Below, piece after piece: positions 51,045 to 59,450 of a stretch of DNA of 64,000 bases. The DNA is from an uncultured Fibrobacterota bacterium. GTDB lineage: Bacteria > Fibrobacterota > Chitinivibrionia > Chitinivibrionales > FEN-1185. The notes under the pieces were generated by a model. The model did not search any database and was not told the origin of the DNA. It saw only the letters and a list, made by a program, of their open reading frames with translations. The translations under genes were made by a program, and so were the position numbers. Within the stretch, counting starts at the first letter, position 1; each line of letters begins with the position of its first letter. Location: the NCBI GenBank assembly GCA_963753345.1, contig CAVWBU010000027.1:96001-160000 (forward strand), written 5' to 3'.

Positions 51045-51546
51045 GCGCCTGCCTCCTGGCACCGGTTCTCCTCCAGGCTCGGCTATTCGCCTCGTTGCCG
51101 GTCCGCCCTATGCCTGTCGGCTGGGCACCCCGTCGGGTGCTTCCAAGGGTCGTCGGCCGGCACAAGGCAAGCGACATAATAACAAAGCGCGAAGCGCTAT
51201 TACCATACCTTGGGGAACGAAGTGACAATTCGCTCTCGCTCACCCTCCGTCGCCCCTGGCGCAAGAAACTACCCCTGCACGTTCAATGTAATTAGTACCT
51301 GTTACAACTGTACGATTACTTGTCAAATGATAGCCACCTACGATTGCATGAATGCGCATTTGCTTGTTTTACGCGTTAGGGGCGACCGGAGGCCGCGCTG
51401 GAGCGCGGTGCCGCCCGGACCCGGCCCTGTGGGCCATAGGGCCGAGGCGGCCCGAGGCCCTCGGCTGAGACCGGAGGAAGAACCGGCCCGAGCCTGAGCA
51501 TTTGCGATGGCGAGGGAAACGCCCATTATTTAACATTGCTCAGGCT
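51045..51546. repeat. Pair of diverged, oppositely oriented hairpin-rich elements
   Basis: The reverse complement of about 51060-51270 and the plus strand of about 51366-51487 share ordered blocks AGGGGCGAC(C)GGAGG, CATAGGGC, CGAGGC and GGAGGA(A)GAACCGG. Confidence 0.65.
51164..51229 (-). repeat. ~65-bp dispersed repeat, copy 1
   Basis: Its reverse complement aligns to 55289..55352 at 55 of 66 positions by manual count; central GCGC-GAA-GCGC hairpin. Confidence 0.85.
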
Positions 51547-51558
51547 AATGCAAGAGTA

Positions 51559-51587
51559 TTGACAAATATATTTCCACCGACTATATT
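51559..51587 (+). promoter_or_regulatory. Near-consensus sigma70 promoter
   Basis: TTGACA-17 nt-TATATT. Confidence 0.75.
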
Positions 51588-51598
51588 TATTGTGATTC

Positions 51599-51636
51599 AA
51601 GCCCGCACGCTTTTGGCTTCGCGGGCTTCATTTTTT
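51599..51636 (+). terminator. Terminator-like hairpin
   Basis: AAGCCCGC ... GCGGGCTT followed by CATTTTTT. Confidence 0.6.
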
Positions 51637-51795
51637 GTCTGCGCCTGGTTCTGGTAAACGGACATCGCTCGCGGTACAAATTACCTTCTCGTTCGCTATC
51701 AAATAACAATCACGCTCCACGGCACCCGCGGACGGCCGGCTCGTGCGGTTTCCGTTGCGCGCGTCCGTTGAAGACGCATCGAAAGGAAGTGCAAT

Positions 51796-52710
51796 ATGAG
51801 CACCGGCACCATGATGAAATCTCCGGACGGCATACTCTGGCAGGACTATCGCGCGTCAAACACCGGCATGGTGGTGTTCTACGCGTCTGACCCCGTGTCC
51901 GAAATCGCGGTACGCGAGATTGCAGAAGACATTGATTCTCCCGTGGTCCCGGAGCCGAACTATGAATCGGGCACCTACGGGTTCTACGGCTGTTCGAGGA
52001 CCAAAATCCGCGGAGCATTCGCAAAAAGCAAGATTCGCTATCTGTTTTTTCTCACGAAGTACGCGGGGAATAAGGACGGTTACAAGGACAAGATGCTCGT
52101 TACCGGCTATTTCCGCATTGCCAAGACTGCCGACGTGCAGAAACTGCACCTGCGCTATCTGAGCGAGTATTCCTGCATCGACGCGCCCACCTGCATCGCG
52201 CTGAGGGCCGACGAAGTTCGTTTTGTCGGTCTGCAGGACGCCTTTGAAGTGTCTCCCGACCAGCTCAAGACGTGGGGATTCAACGCAAAAGTATCAAAGC
52301 AATTACGCATCATTCTGAGCGTCGAGCAGACGTCACAGCTTCTTGAATTCCTCAAGAGCAAGCCCAACCAGCTTGATGTTTACGTATCGGAGACCAAGCG
52401 GCTGTCTCCGTTCGATGAAGAAGCTGCGGATGAAGAGGAAGAGGAGGAGTCACTAGAATTTAAACAAAGCGAGGGGCAAGAACCTGTAACCGAGGCTTCT
52501 CCCGATGTGCCGCAACCAGTTGAAAATCAGTCACCCGCATCGGAGCTGCCAATGCAGGGTGAGGTGAAAGAACCTCCAGCCGAAATCAAAATAGAAGCCC
52601 CCTTGCCAGTGCCGGACGCAACTCCATTGCCGCAGGAAACTACCCAGGGTGATGCGGTCGTGCCGCCTCCCCAACAGGAAGGTTTTGCCGGGCAGCCGCC
52701 GGTCGTGTAG
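51796..52710 (+). CDS. Hypothetical protein with acidic/Pro-rich tail
   Basis: AAAGGA RBS; globular ~205-aa N-domain (EPNYESGTYG), then a Glu/Pro-rich tail. Confidence 0.75.
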   Translation: MSTGTMMKSPDGILWQDYRASNTGMVVFYASDPVSEIAVREIAEDIDSPVVPEPNYESGTYGFYGCSRTKIRGAFAKSKIRYLFFLTKYAGNKDGYKDKMLVTGYFRIAKTADVQKLHLRYLSEYSCIDAPTCIALRADEVRFVGLQDAFEVSPDQLKTWGFNAKVSKQLRIILSVEQTSQLLEFLKSKPNQLDVYVSETKRLSPFDEEAADEEEEEESLEFKQSEGQEPVTEASPDVPQPVENQSPASELPMQGEVKEPPAEIKIEAPLPVPDATPLPQETTQGDAVVPPPQQEGFAGQPPVV

Positions 52711-52740
52711 CCGTGCACCACGACGTCGGATAACGCAATC

Positions 52741-53802
52741 ATGGAGCGCATAATTGAGGCCCGTGTCCAGAGGGCCATCAGCGAAAAAGTGTTTCCCGGC
52801 TGTGTTGTCGGTTTTGTGTCCAAAGCAATGCCGCCGACAATTCTGCCTTTTGGCCGGCACACGTATGATGTGCATTCCACGACGATGAACGAAGATTCCA
52901 TTTTCGACGTGGCATCCATCACCAAGGCGATTCCTACATCGAGCCTGGCGCTGCAGCTTATCGATTCAGGCAGACTCCCGCTCGACGACAAGATAAACAA
53001 ATTCATTCCAAAATTTTCCAGCTCACAAAGCGATAAGGTGCTTGTCCGCCATCTCCTCACCCAGACCGTCAATTACAATTTCCGGCTTTCCTCGCTCAAG
53101 GACGGCGGTCCGCAGGCCATTCTCAACGCGATTTGCACCGGCGAACTTGCCGACGAACCGGGTTCAACATTCTTCTATTCGAACGCGACCAGCATTCTCC
53201 TCGGAATGGTCGTGGAAAAAATTTTCGGGGAAGGTCTTGCCGTGTCGGCGCAGCGGGAATTTTTTGACCCTCTCGGGATGACTCGCACATCATTTTTTAC
53301 GGAGGGATTCTCAAGGAACGACATTGTTCCAACGGAAATAGATCCATGGCGGCGCCGTACGATACAGGGTGAGGTTCACGATGAGAGTGCATGGGCGCTC
53401 AGGCAAGTCATGGTGGCGGGTTCGGCAGGATTGTTTTCCACGGTCCCGGACATTCTGCGCTTTCTAAGAATGTTGCTCAATGATGGTTTCCAGGGGGGCA
53501 GAAGATATTTTTCAGCCTCTTGTCTTGAGCAGATGGTTACCAACCAGATCCCTTCCCTTGGTCTGCAGGCGGGACTCGGCTGGGAACTCAACCAGGAGCG
53601 CTACATGGGTTCTTTTTGCTCGCGTTCCACGATAGGCAAGACAGGATTTACCGGGTGTGTCTGCATGGCCGATATGGCCGCGAAATCGGCCTTGGTAATG
53701 CTGTCGAACTGGACGTATCCGTCCCGGAAACCAGACGCCGCGGCGATAGACTGCGTGCGGCGCGACATTGCCGACATCATTTTTTTATCCGTCAATAAAT
53801 AA
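52741..53802 (+). CDS. Serine hydrolase (beta-lactamase class C-like family)
   Basis: FDVASITK (SxxK), YSN, GEVHDE, AGSAGLFS, KTGFTG. Confidence 0.88.
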   Translation: MERIIEARVQRAISEKVFPGCVVGFVSKAMPPTILPFGRHTYDVHSTTMNEDSIFDVASITKAIPTSSLALQLIDSGRLPLDDKINKFIPKFSSSQSDKVLVRHLLTQTVNYNFRLSSLKDGGPQAILNAICTGELADEPGSTFFYSNATSILLGMVVEKIFGEGLAVSAQREFFDPLGMTRTSFFTEGFSRNDIVPTEIDPWRRRTIQGEVHDESAWALRQVMVAGSAGLFSTVPDILRFLRMLLNDGFQGGRRYFSASCLEQMVTNQIPSLGLQAGLGWELNQERYMGSFCSRSTIGKTGFTGCVCMADMAAKSALVMLSNWTYPSRKPDAAAIDCVRRDIADIIFLSVNK

Positions 53803-53829
53803 GAGAACTCTCGTGGAGGGAGCCTGCAA

Positions 53830-55215
53830 ATGACGAAACGGAAATTCAGAAAACGCATAGCATGCGTCGGCGCAGGATATGTGGGCGGTCCCACCATGGC
53901 CGTTATCGCGTCGAAATGCCCGGATATCAAGGTCACGGTGGTTGACATCAGCGCACCCCGCATTGCGGCGTGGGAGAGCGACAACCTGCCTATTTACGAA
54001 CCCGGCCTTCTCGACGTGGTGAAAAAGGCAAGGGGCAGGAACCTGTTTTTCTCCACGGACATCGACGCGGCGATCCGTGATGCCGGAATCGTGTTCGTGT
54101 CGGTCAATACGCCAACGAAAACGTTCGGGGAGGGCACGGGAAAGGCGGCCGACCTTCAGTACTGGGAGAAAACCGCGCGGAACATCGTGCGGGTCGCGGA
54201 TTCCGACAAGATAATCGTGGAGAAGAGCACCCTGCCGGTGCGCACGGCCCACGCCATGGAAAGGATTCTCAACGCCAACAGCAAGGGCATTCATTTCGAG
54301 GTTGCGTCGAATCCGGAATTCCTGGCCGAGGGAAGCGCGGTCAAGGATCTCCTGAGTCCCGACCGTGTTCTCATCGGGACGCATGAGACAAAGTCGGGAT
54401 TTGCCGCGCGGAGGGAACTGGTCGATCTTTACGCTCACTGGGTTGACAGAAAGAACATCGTCACGAGCAATGTGTGGAGCGCGGAATTGTCAAAACTCGC
54501 GGCCAATGCATTCCTTGCCCAGCGGATATCGTCGATCAACAGCATCTCAGCCATCTGCGAAAAGACCGAGGCGGATGTGGCGGAGGTGGGGCATTCCATC
54601 GGCATGGACAGCCGTATCGGTTCAAAATTCCTGCAGGCCAGCGTGGGGTTCGGCGGGTCATGCTTCAGGAAGGACATCCTTAACCTTGTGTATCTATCTG
54701 AGCACTATGGACTTGCGGAAGTTGCTCATTATTGGGAGATCGTAGTTCAGATGAATGATTTTCAAATGACACGGTTTGTTCGCACCATGATAAGCGCAAT
54801 GTTCAACACTATCGCAAAGAAGCGAATCGCCATCCTGGGCTTTGCCTTCAAGGCGAACACGGGAGACACGCGCGAGTCGCCGGCAATTTACATAACGAGA
54901 AAGCTTCTGGAAGAACAGGCGCATGTGGTGATAACCGACCCAAAGGCGCTTGCAAACGCAAAGGCCGACCTCGCGGACTGCAAGGGGACGGTAGAATTCG
55001 TGAGCGATCCGTATGCCGCGGTAAGGGGCGCGCATGCCATGGCCGTGTGCACGGAATGGGATGAGTATACGCGGCTCGATTTCAAACGGATATATGCGAG
55101 CATGGAAAAACCGGCGTTTGTTTTTGACGGCCGCAACATCCTCGATCACCGGCGGTTGTTTGAGATCGGGTTCAACGTGTTTCCGGTTGGGAAGAGGCCG
55201 TTCACCCATTTCTGA
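53830..55215 (+). CDS. ugd: UDP-glucose 6-dehydrogenase
   Basis: GAGYVGG, EKST, NPEFLAEG, GFGGSCF, FKANTGDTRES, DGRN. Confidence 0.96.
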   Translation: MTKRKFRKRIACVGAGYVGGPTMAVIASKCPDIKVTVVDISAPRIAAWESDNLPIYEPGLLDVVKKARGRNLFFSTDIDAAIRDAGIVFVSVNTPTKTFGEGTGKAADLQYWEKTARNIVRVADSDKIIVEKSTLPVRTAHAMERILNANSKGIHFEVASNPEFLAEGSAVKDLLSPDRVLIGTHETKSGFAARRELVDLYAHWVDRKNIVTSNVWSAELSKLAANAFLAQRISSINSISAICEKTEADVAEVGHSIGMDSRIGSKFLQASVGFGGSCFRKDILNLVYLSEHYGLAEVAHYWEIVVQMNDFQMTRFVRTMISAMFNTIAKKRIAILGFAFKANTGDTRESPAIYITRKLLEEQAHVVITDPKALANAKADLADCKGTVEFVSDPYAAVRGAHAMAVCTEWDEYTRLDFKRIYASMEKPAFVFDGRNILDHRRLFEIGFNVFPVGKRPFTHF

Positions 55216-55288
55216 TATTTGGCGGGGATGTTTGATGAATCCCACAGCGAGCGACTATAAGTATGTTTTCTTTCCATAGGGATGGAAG

Positions 55289-55352
55289 ATTGTCACTTCG
55301 TTCCCTAAGGTGTTGTAGTTGCGCTTCGCGCAAATATTATGTCGTTTGCCTT
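55289..55352 (+). repeat. ~65-bp dispersed repeat, copy 2
   Basis: ATTGTCACTTCGTTCCCTAAGG...GCGCTTCGCGC...TATTATGTCGTTTGCCTT, flanked by hairpins TTCCAT/ATGGAA and CCCCGCAGC/GCTGCGGGG. Confidence 0.85.
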
Positions 55353-55438
55353 TTCCCCGCAGCTTGCTGCGGGGTTCTTCAATACCGGGAGTGCAGGTCG
55401 TCCTGCTCGCGCATAAAGTTCGATTGACGTATCAATCC

Positions 55439-55475
55439 AAAAAAAAACAACCGATTCATCACCGGTTGCTTTTTT
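55439..55475 (-). terminator. Intrinsic, possibly bidirectional, terminator between ugd and trpB2
   Basis: A-run, CAACCG ... CGGTTG stem, T-run. Confidence 0.75.
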
Positions 55476-55508
55476 ATCAATAGACAAGTCCGTCAGCAAT
55501 TCACCTTC

Positions 55509-56909
55509 TCACCACTTGCCGGTCTTGACCATTTTTGCCTTCGGAAGGGCCTTAAGGTCCGCCTCTGCGCGCTCGATCTCCGATTGCGGAAGATCAAAGT
55601 CGCTGAGCTTGCCGTCGAAGAATTTCTGGTACCCTCCGAGGTCAAGCATGCCGTGGCCGGAAAGGTTGACAAGAATGACTTTTTCCTTGCCTTCCTCTTT
55701 TGCTTTCTTTGCTTCCTGGATCGTAGCGGCAATCGCATGGGACGTCTCGGGCGCCACCACAAAACCTTCGGTCTGCGCCCAGAGCATGGCGGCTTTGAAG
55801 CACTCTATTTGAGCTACGGCGCGCGGTTTGAGAAGTCCTTCAACAACCGCCTGACTCACCAGCGGCGCCATGCCGTGGTACCGCAGTCCGCCGGCGTGGA
55901 TGGGCTCGGGGACAAAGTTGTGTCCCAGAGTGTACATGGCGGCCAGCGGCGTCATTCCCGCCGTGTCGCCCGAATCGTAGGAAAATATGCCGCGGGTCAT
56001 TGAGGGGCAGGATGTTGGCTCAACCGGGATGATCTCGATCTGCGCGCCGTTGATCTTGTCGTAGACAAACGGGAAAGCGATGCCGCCGAAATTGCTGCCG
56101 CCGCCCGCGCAGCCGATGATGATATCCGGCTTCTTGATGCCGACCTTGGCAAGCTGTTTCTTTGCCTCGAGGCCGATTATCGTCTGGTGCATAAGCACGA
56201 AATTGAGGCAGCTGCCGATGGAATAGCGTGTTTTGCCGGTCGGGTCGGTCACGGCAGCTTCAATGGCTTCGCTTATCGCCATGCCGAGGCTTCCCGGAGT
56301 ATTCGGGTCCTTGGCAAGGAACGCGCGGCCTGCCTGTGTTTCGCTGCTTGGCGAGGCGATGCATTTTCCGCCCCAGGCTTGCATCAGGCTTTTGCGAAAA
56401 GGTTTCTGCTCAAAGCTGATGCGAACCATAAACACCTTGCATTCAAGGCCGACAAGCTTGCATGCGAGACTCAGGGCCGATCCCCACTGTCCTGCGCCGG
56501 TCTCGGTCGTCAAACGCTCGAGTCCGAATTGCTTTGCGTACCACGCCTGAGGTATCGCCGTGTTCGGCTTGTGGCTCCCTGCAGGCGACACACTTTCGTC
56601 TTTGTAATATATCTTGGCCGGCGTGCCAAGGGCTTCCTCGAGGTACACGGCGCGGCGGAGCGGCGACGGTCTCCAGCGGTACAGCATATCGAGGATTTCC
56701 TGGGGAATGTCGATCCACCGCTTGGTGCTGTATTCCTGCTCAACAAGGTTCATGGGAAAAACCGGAGCCCAGCCTTCGGGCGGGACCGGCTTGCCGTCCG
56801 GACCGAGGTAGGGAAGCATGGGAGACGGAAGGTCGGGTTTCAGGTTGTACCATTGGCGCGGAATCTCGTCTTCGTTCAGAAGGATTTTTACGGGCAGCTT
56901 GACGGGCAT
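55509..56909 (-). CDS. trpB2: TrpB-like PLP enzyme (TrpB2 type)
   Basis: IPRQWYN, SPAGSHKPNTA, TETGAGQWG, GGGSNF, IHAGGLRYHG, NLSGHG; AAGGAG RBS before 56909. Confidence 0.93.
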   Translation of the reverse strand: MPVKLPVKILLNEDEIPRQWYNLKPDLPSPMLPYLGPDGKPVPPEGWAPVFPMNLVEQEYSTKRWIDIPQEILDMLYRWRPSPLRRAVYLEEALGTPAKIYYKDESVSPAGSHKPNTAIPQAWYAKQFGLERLTTETGAGQWGSALSLACKLVGLECKVFMVRISFEQKPFRKSLMQAWGGKCIASPSSETQAGRAFLAKDPNTPGSLGMAISEAIEAAVTDPTGKTRYSIGSCLNFVLMHQTIIGLEAKKQLAKVGIKKPDIIIGCAGGGSNFGGIAFPFVYDKINGAQIEIIPVEPTSCPSMTRGIFSYDSGDTAGMTPLAAMYTLGHNFVPEPIHAGGLRYHGMAPLVSQAVVEGLLKPRAVAQIECFKAAMLWAQTEGFVVAPETSHAIAATIQEAKKAKEEGKEKVILVNLSGHGMLDLGGYQKFFDGKLSDFDLPQSEIERAEADLKALPKAKMVKTGKW

Positions 56910-57129
56910 AACGGCTCCTTTATGGTTCGTGAAATACAATGGCCTGATGAAACGATTAGTGATAAAATACTTTAGCCGTGCGTACTGTCAAGAAAATCAG
57001 ACGTTTTCCGCATAAACATCTGCCGACCTGTGCGATGAAGTCGCCGCAATAATGCCTCCCTGCGGCGAAATCTATTTTGAAGCCGTCGTTCTTCATCACC
57101 CCTTGTCTTATACGAACGGGAATTCTCCC

Positions 57130-59406
57130 ATGAACCTTATGGTTGCCGTTTACACCGTTTTTCTCTGCGCAGCCGTCCCGCCGCAGGCCCAGAAAAAACT
57201 TGTTGTTCTCGCCTCCGGCGAAACGCATGCGACGCTTGACGCATGCGATTGTCCGAACGCTCCGGGCGGCGGGTTCGCCAAACGTGCGACACTGGTGGCG
57301 AAAATGCGGGACTCAAGCGAAGTCGTTCTCGTGGACGCGGGAGGGTTTGCGGGCGGCGGGGTCTACGATGCGTACACCGGGGGCCGCGCCCAGGATTCTA
57401 TGCGGACGCTGGCGGCCCTCCGCGCCATGGGATACATGAAATACGATGCCGCGTGCATCGGAGACGACGATCTCCAATACGGCGGAAGATGGCTTGCATC
57501 GCAGGCCGCGGCCGCGGGGGTTCCTCTCGTGTCTGCGAATTGCTTCGGGCCGGACGGCAGGGTCCTGGGGGCTTCGTATGTGATAGTCCAGCGTGGCGGG
57601 CATGTGTTCGGCATCACCGGCGTGACCACGCAGGAGCGAATCGTACAAATGGATGATTCCGTTACGGTAAAGCCGCCGGTCCCCGCGATTCGCCGTATCT
57701 GGGCGGACCTGAGAAAGAAATCCGAGTTTCAGATAATTCTGGCGCATCTCGGCGAAGACGACAGCCGCAGCCTCCTCGATTCGTTTCCCGAATGCGCTCT
57801 TGTCGTCAATGGACACCGCAAGAGTTCCACTGATGAATTCATCACCGATCGCGGCCAGGTGATGCTGCAGTTCGGGTTCCAGGGCAAGGCGCTTTCTTTT
57901 GCGGAAATCGCGCCCGACAGCAGGGGCATCGGCATTGCAAGAAACGGATGGCTGGACGTCGGGCCCGCAATCCCCGATGAACCGGTGGTTGCAAAGCTCG
58001 TCACGCTTCCATCAGTCGGCGGTGCGCCGGGCGCGAAAACCGTTTTCGACCTGTATATTATGTCGCAATGCCCGTACGGTTGCGCCGCTCTCAGGGAATT
58101 CGTGTCGTTTGCCGCAGCATTCCCGCAGGCGGAATGGCATGTATGGTTCATCGGCTCGGTGTCCATCGACGGCAGCATGACCTCGCTTCACGGCGCGGAC
58201 GAAGTGAGCGAGGAACTTCTGTGGCTTTCGGTGCATGCACTGTATCCCGGGAGATGGCTTGAATTCCTCACGAAACGTTCCGCTTCATTCGAGACAAAGA
58301 CGGAGGCGGTGATACGGTCCATGGGGCTTGACGTGTCCAAGCTGCGGACCTGGGTTGCCAAGAAGGGCCGGGCCGAGCTTGCCATGCAGTATACCAGGTC
58401 GATGCGCATGGGCATCAATTCTTCTCCATCGCTTCTTGTCAACAACACGATATTTCAGGACGACATTACGAAACCAAGGATTGCAAAAATCGTATGCGGT
58501 TCAGGCGAGGGAAAGTCCGCGTACTGCGATTCACTGCCCGAGTGCTTTGCAGATCGTGACTGCAGAAAACCGGGGAAAACCGGCACGTGCGTTTCGCATA
58601 AAGGCGCGAAAGCTGCATGCGAGTTCACCGATGCAGTGCGTTTCACGCTTGCCGTCCTTATCCCCGACACCGTATTTTCGCATCCGGAAACAGGGGCTAT
58701 TGCAAGCCTTCTCGCAGATTTTCCCGGCATGGTAATAGACACCGTGCGGCTTAGTTCGAAGCGCGGCGCATCCATGGCTGCGCTGTATAATCCACCGTTC
58801 CTGCCGTTCTTCCTTTTCGATACTGCGATTGCCACAACGCCCAATTATCGCGGCGTTGCGTCGACGCTGGTGCCGGCGCGGAACAAATTCACGTTCGGCC
58901 CCGGCATGGTCAAGCCGTCGTACTTTTACAAGCGGAAAACAATGCCGCGGGCGTTTGCATTGTATGTCGATCCGGCATTTCCCGGTGCGAAAGACGCGGT
59001 CCGGATCGTACTTGACGCGGGCAGGAAAAGCAAGGGCGTTTCAGTGAAGCCTCTGGTGTATGATTCGGCCGGTCCCGGCACAGAGGAGACGATGCGCAAC
59101 GAAGAAGCGCTCCGGTGGCTTGTGCTTGCGGGCAAATATCCGGCGGTATTCGGGCGCTACCTTGAGCGTTTTGTCGAAAGGGCAACCACGTCATACTGGT
59201 TTACGGACTGCAAGAAGCTCGGGATCAATGTTGACGAATTCGTAACCATGGTGCAGAAAAACGGCCCGCTGCTGGCTGCGCACCGGAAGGAAATTGCGGA
59301 GCTGGGCATGCGGGAACCCGTGGAGGTTCTCGTTGACAACAGGGAAGTGGTGGCGGTGAAGAACCAGAAGGAACTGGGTGATTTGCTGTGGAAAGTGTTG
59401 AAGTGA
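57130..59406 (+). CDS. Secreted multidomain protein: UshA-like metallophosphoesterase fold plus thioredoxin/GILT-like domain
   Basis: Signal-like N-terminus; LDACDC...GGFAKRAT, VDAG, VSAN, LAH, NGH; then IMSQCPYG...SLHGADE; Cys-rich module. Confidence 0.7.
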   Translation: MNLMVAVYTVFLCAAVPPQAQKKLVVLASGETHATLDACDCPNAPGGGFAKRATLVAKMRDSSEVVLVDAGGFAGGGVYDAYTGGRAQDSMRTLAALRAMGYMKYDAACIGDDDLQYGGRWLASQAAAAGVPLVSANCFGPDGRVLGASYVIVQRGGHVFGITGVTTQERIVQMDDSVTVKPPVPAIRRIWADLRKKSEFQIILAHLGEDDSRSLLDSFPECALVVNGHRKSSTDEFITDRGQVMLQFGFQGKALSFAEIAPDSRGIGIARNGWLDVGPAIPDEPVVAKLVTLPSVGGAPGAKTVFDLYIMSQCPYGCAALREFVSFAAAFPQAEWHVWFIGSVSIDGSMTSLHGADEVSEELLWLSVHALYPGRWLEFLTKRSASFETKTEAVIRSMGLDVSKLRTWVAKKGRAELAMQYTRSMRMGINSSPSLLVNNTIFQDDITKPRIAKIVCGSGEGKSAYCDSLPECFADRDCRKPGKTGTCVSHKGAKAACEFTDAVRFTLAVLIPDTVFSHPETGAIASLLADFPGMVIDTVRLSSKRGASMAALYNPPFLPFFLFDTAIATTPNYRGVASTLVPARNKFTFGPGMVKPSYFYKRKTMPRAFALYVDPAFPGAKDAVRIVLDAGRKSKGVSVKPLVYDSAGPGTEETMRNEEALRWLVLAGKYPAVFGRYLERFVERATTSYWFTDCKKLGINVDEFVTMVQKNGPLLAAHRKEIAELGMREPVEVLVDNREVVAVKNQKELGDLLWKVLK

Positions 59407-59450
59407 GATTGGCTTTGATTGGTACCTTGAAAAACAACCCACCAATCCAA

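Noticed and set aside
51372-51400. tmRNA 5' end or integron attC site (GTTAGGGGCGACC)
   Set aside because: No tRNA-like 3' end or tag ORF; no matching RYYYAAC/GTTRRRY pair and no integrase.
51500-51556. Possible fluoride or c-di-GMP riboswitch (GCGATGGCGAGGGAAACGCCC...GCTAATG)
   Set aside because: The pseudoknot and 3' consensus are missing, and it lies upstream of the promoter rather than in a leader.
52741-53802. Antibiotic-resistance beta-lactamase
   Set aside because: The motifs fit the broad serine hydrolase/esterase family; there is no signal peptide or mobile context.
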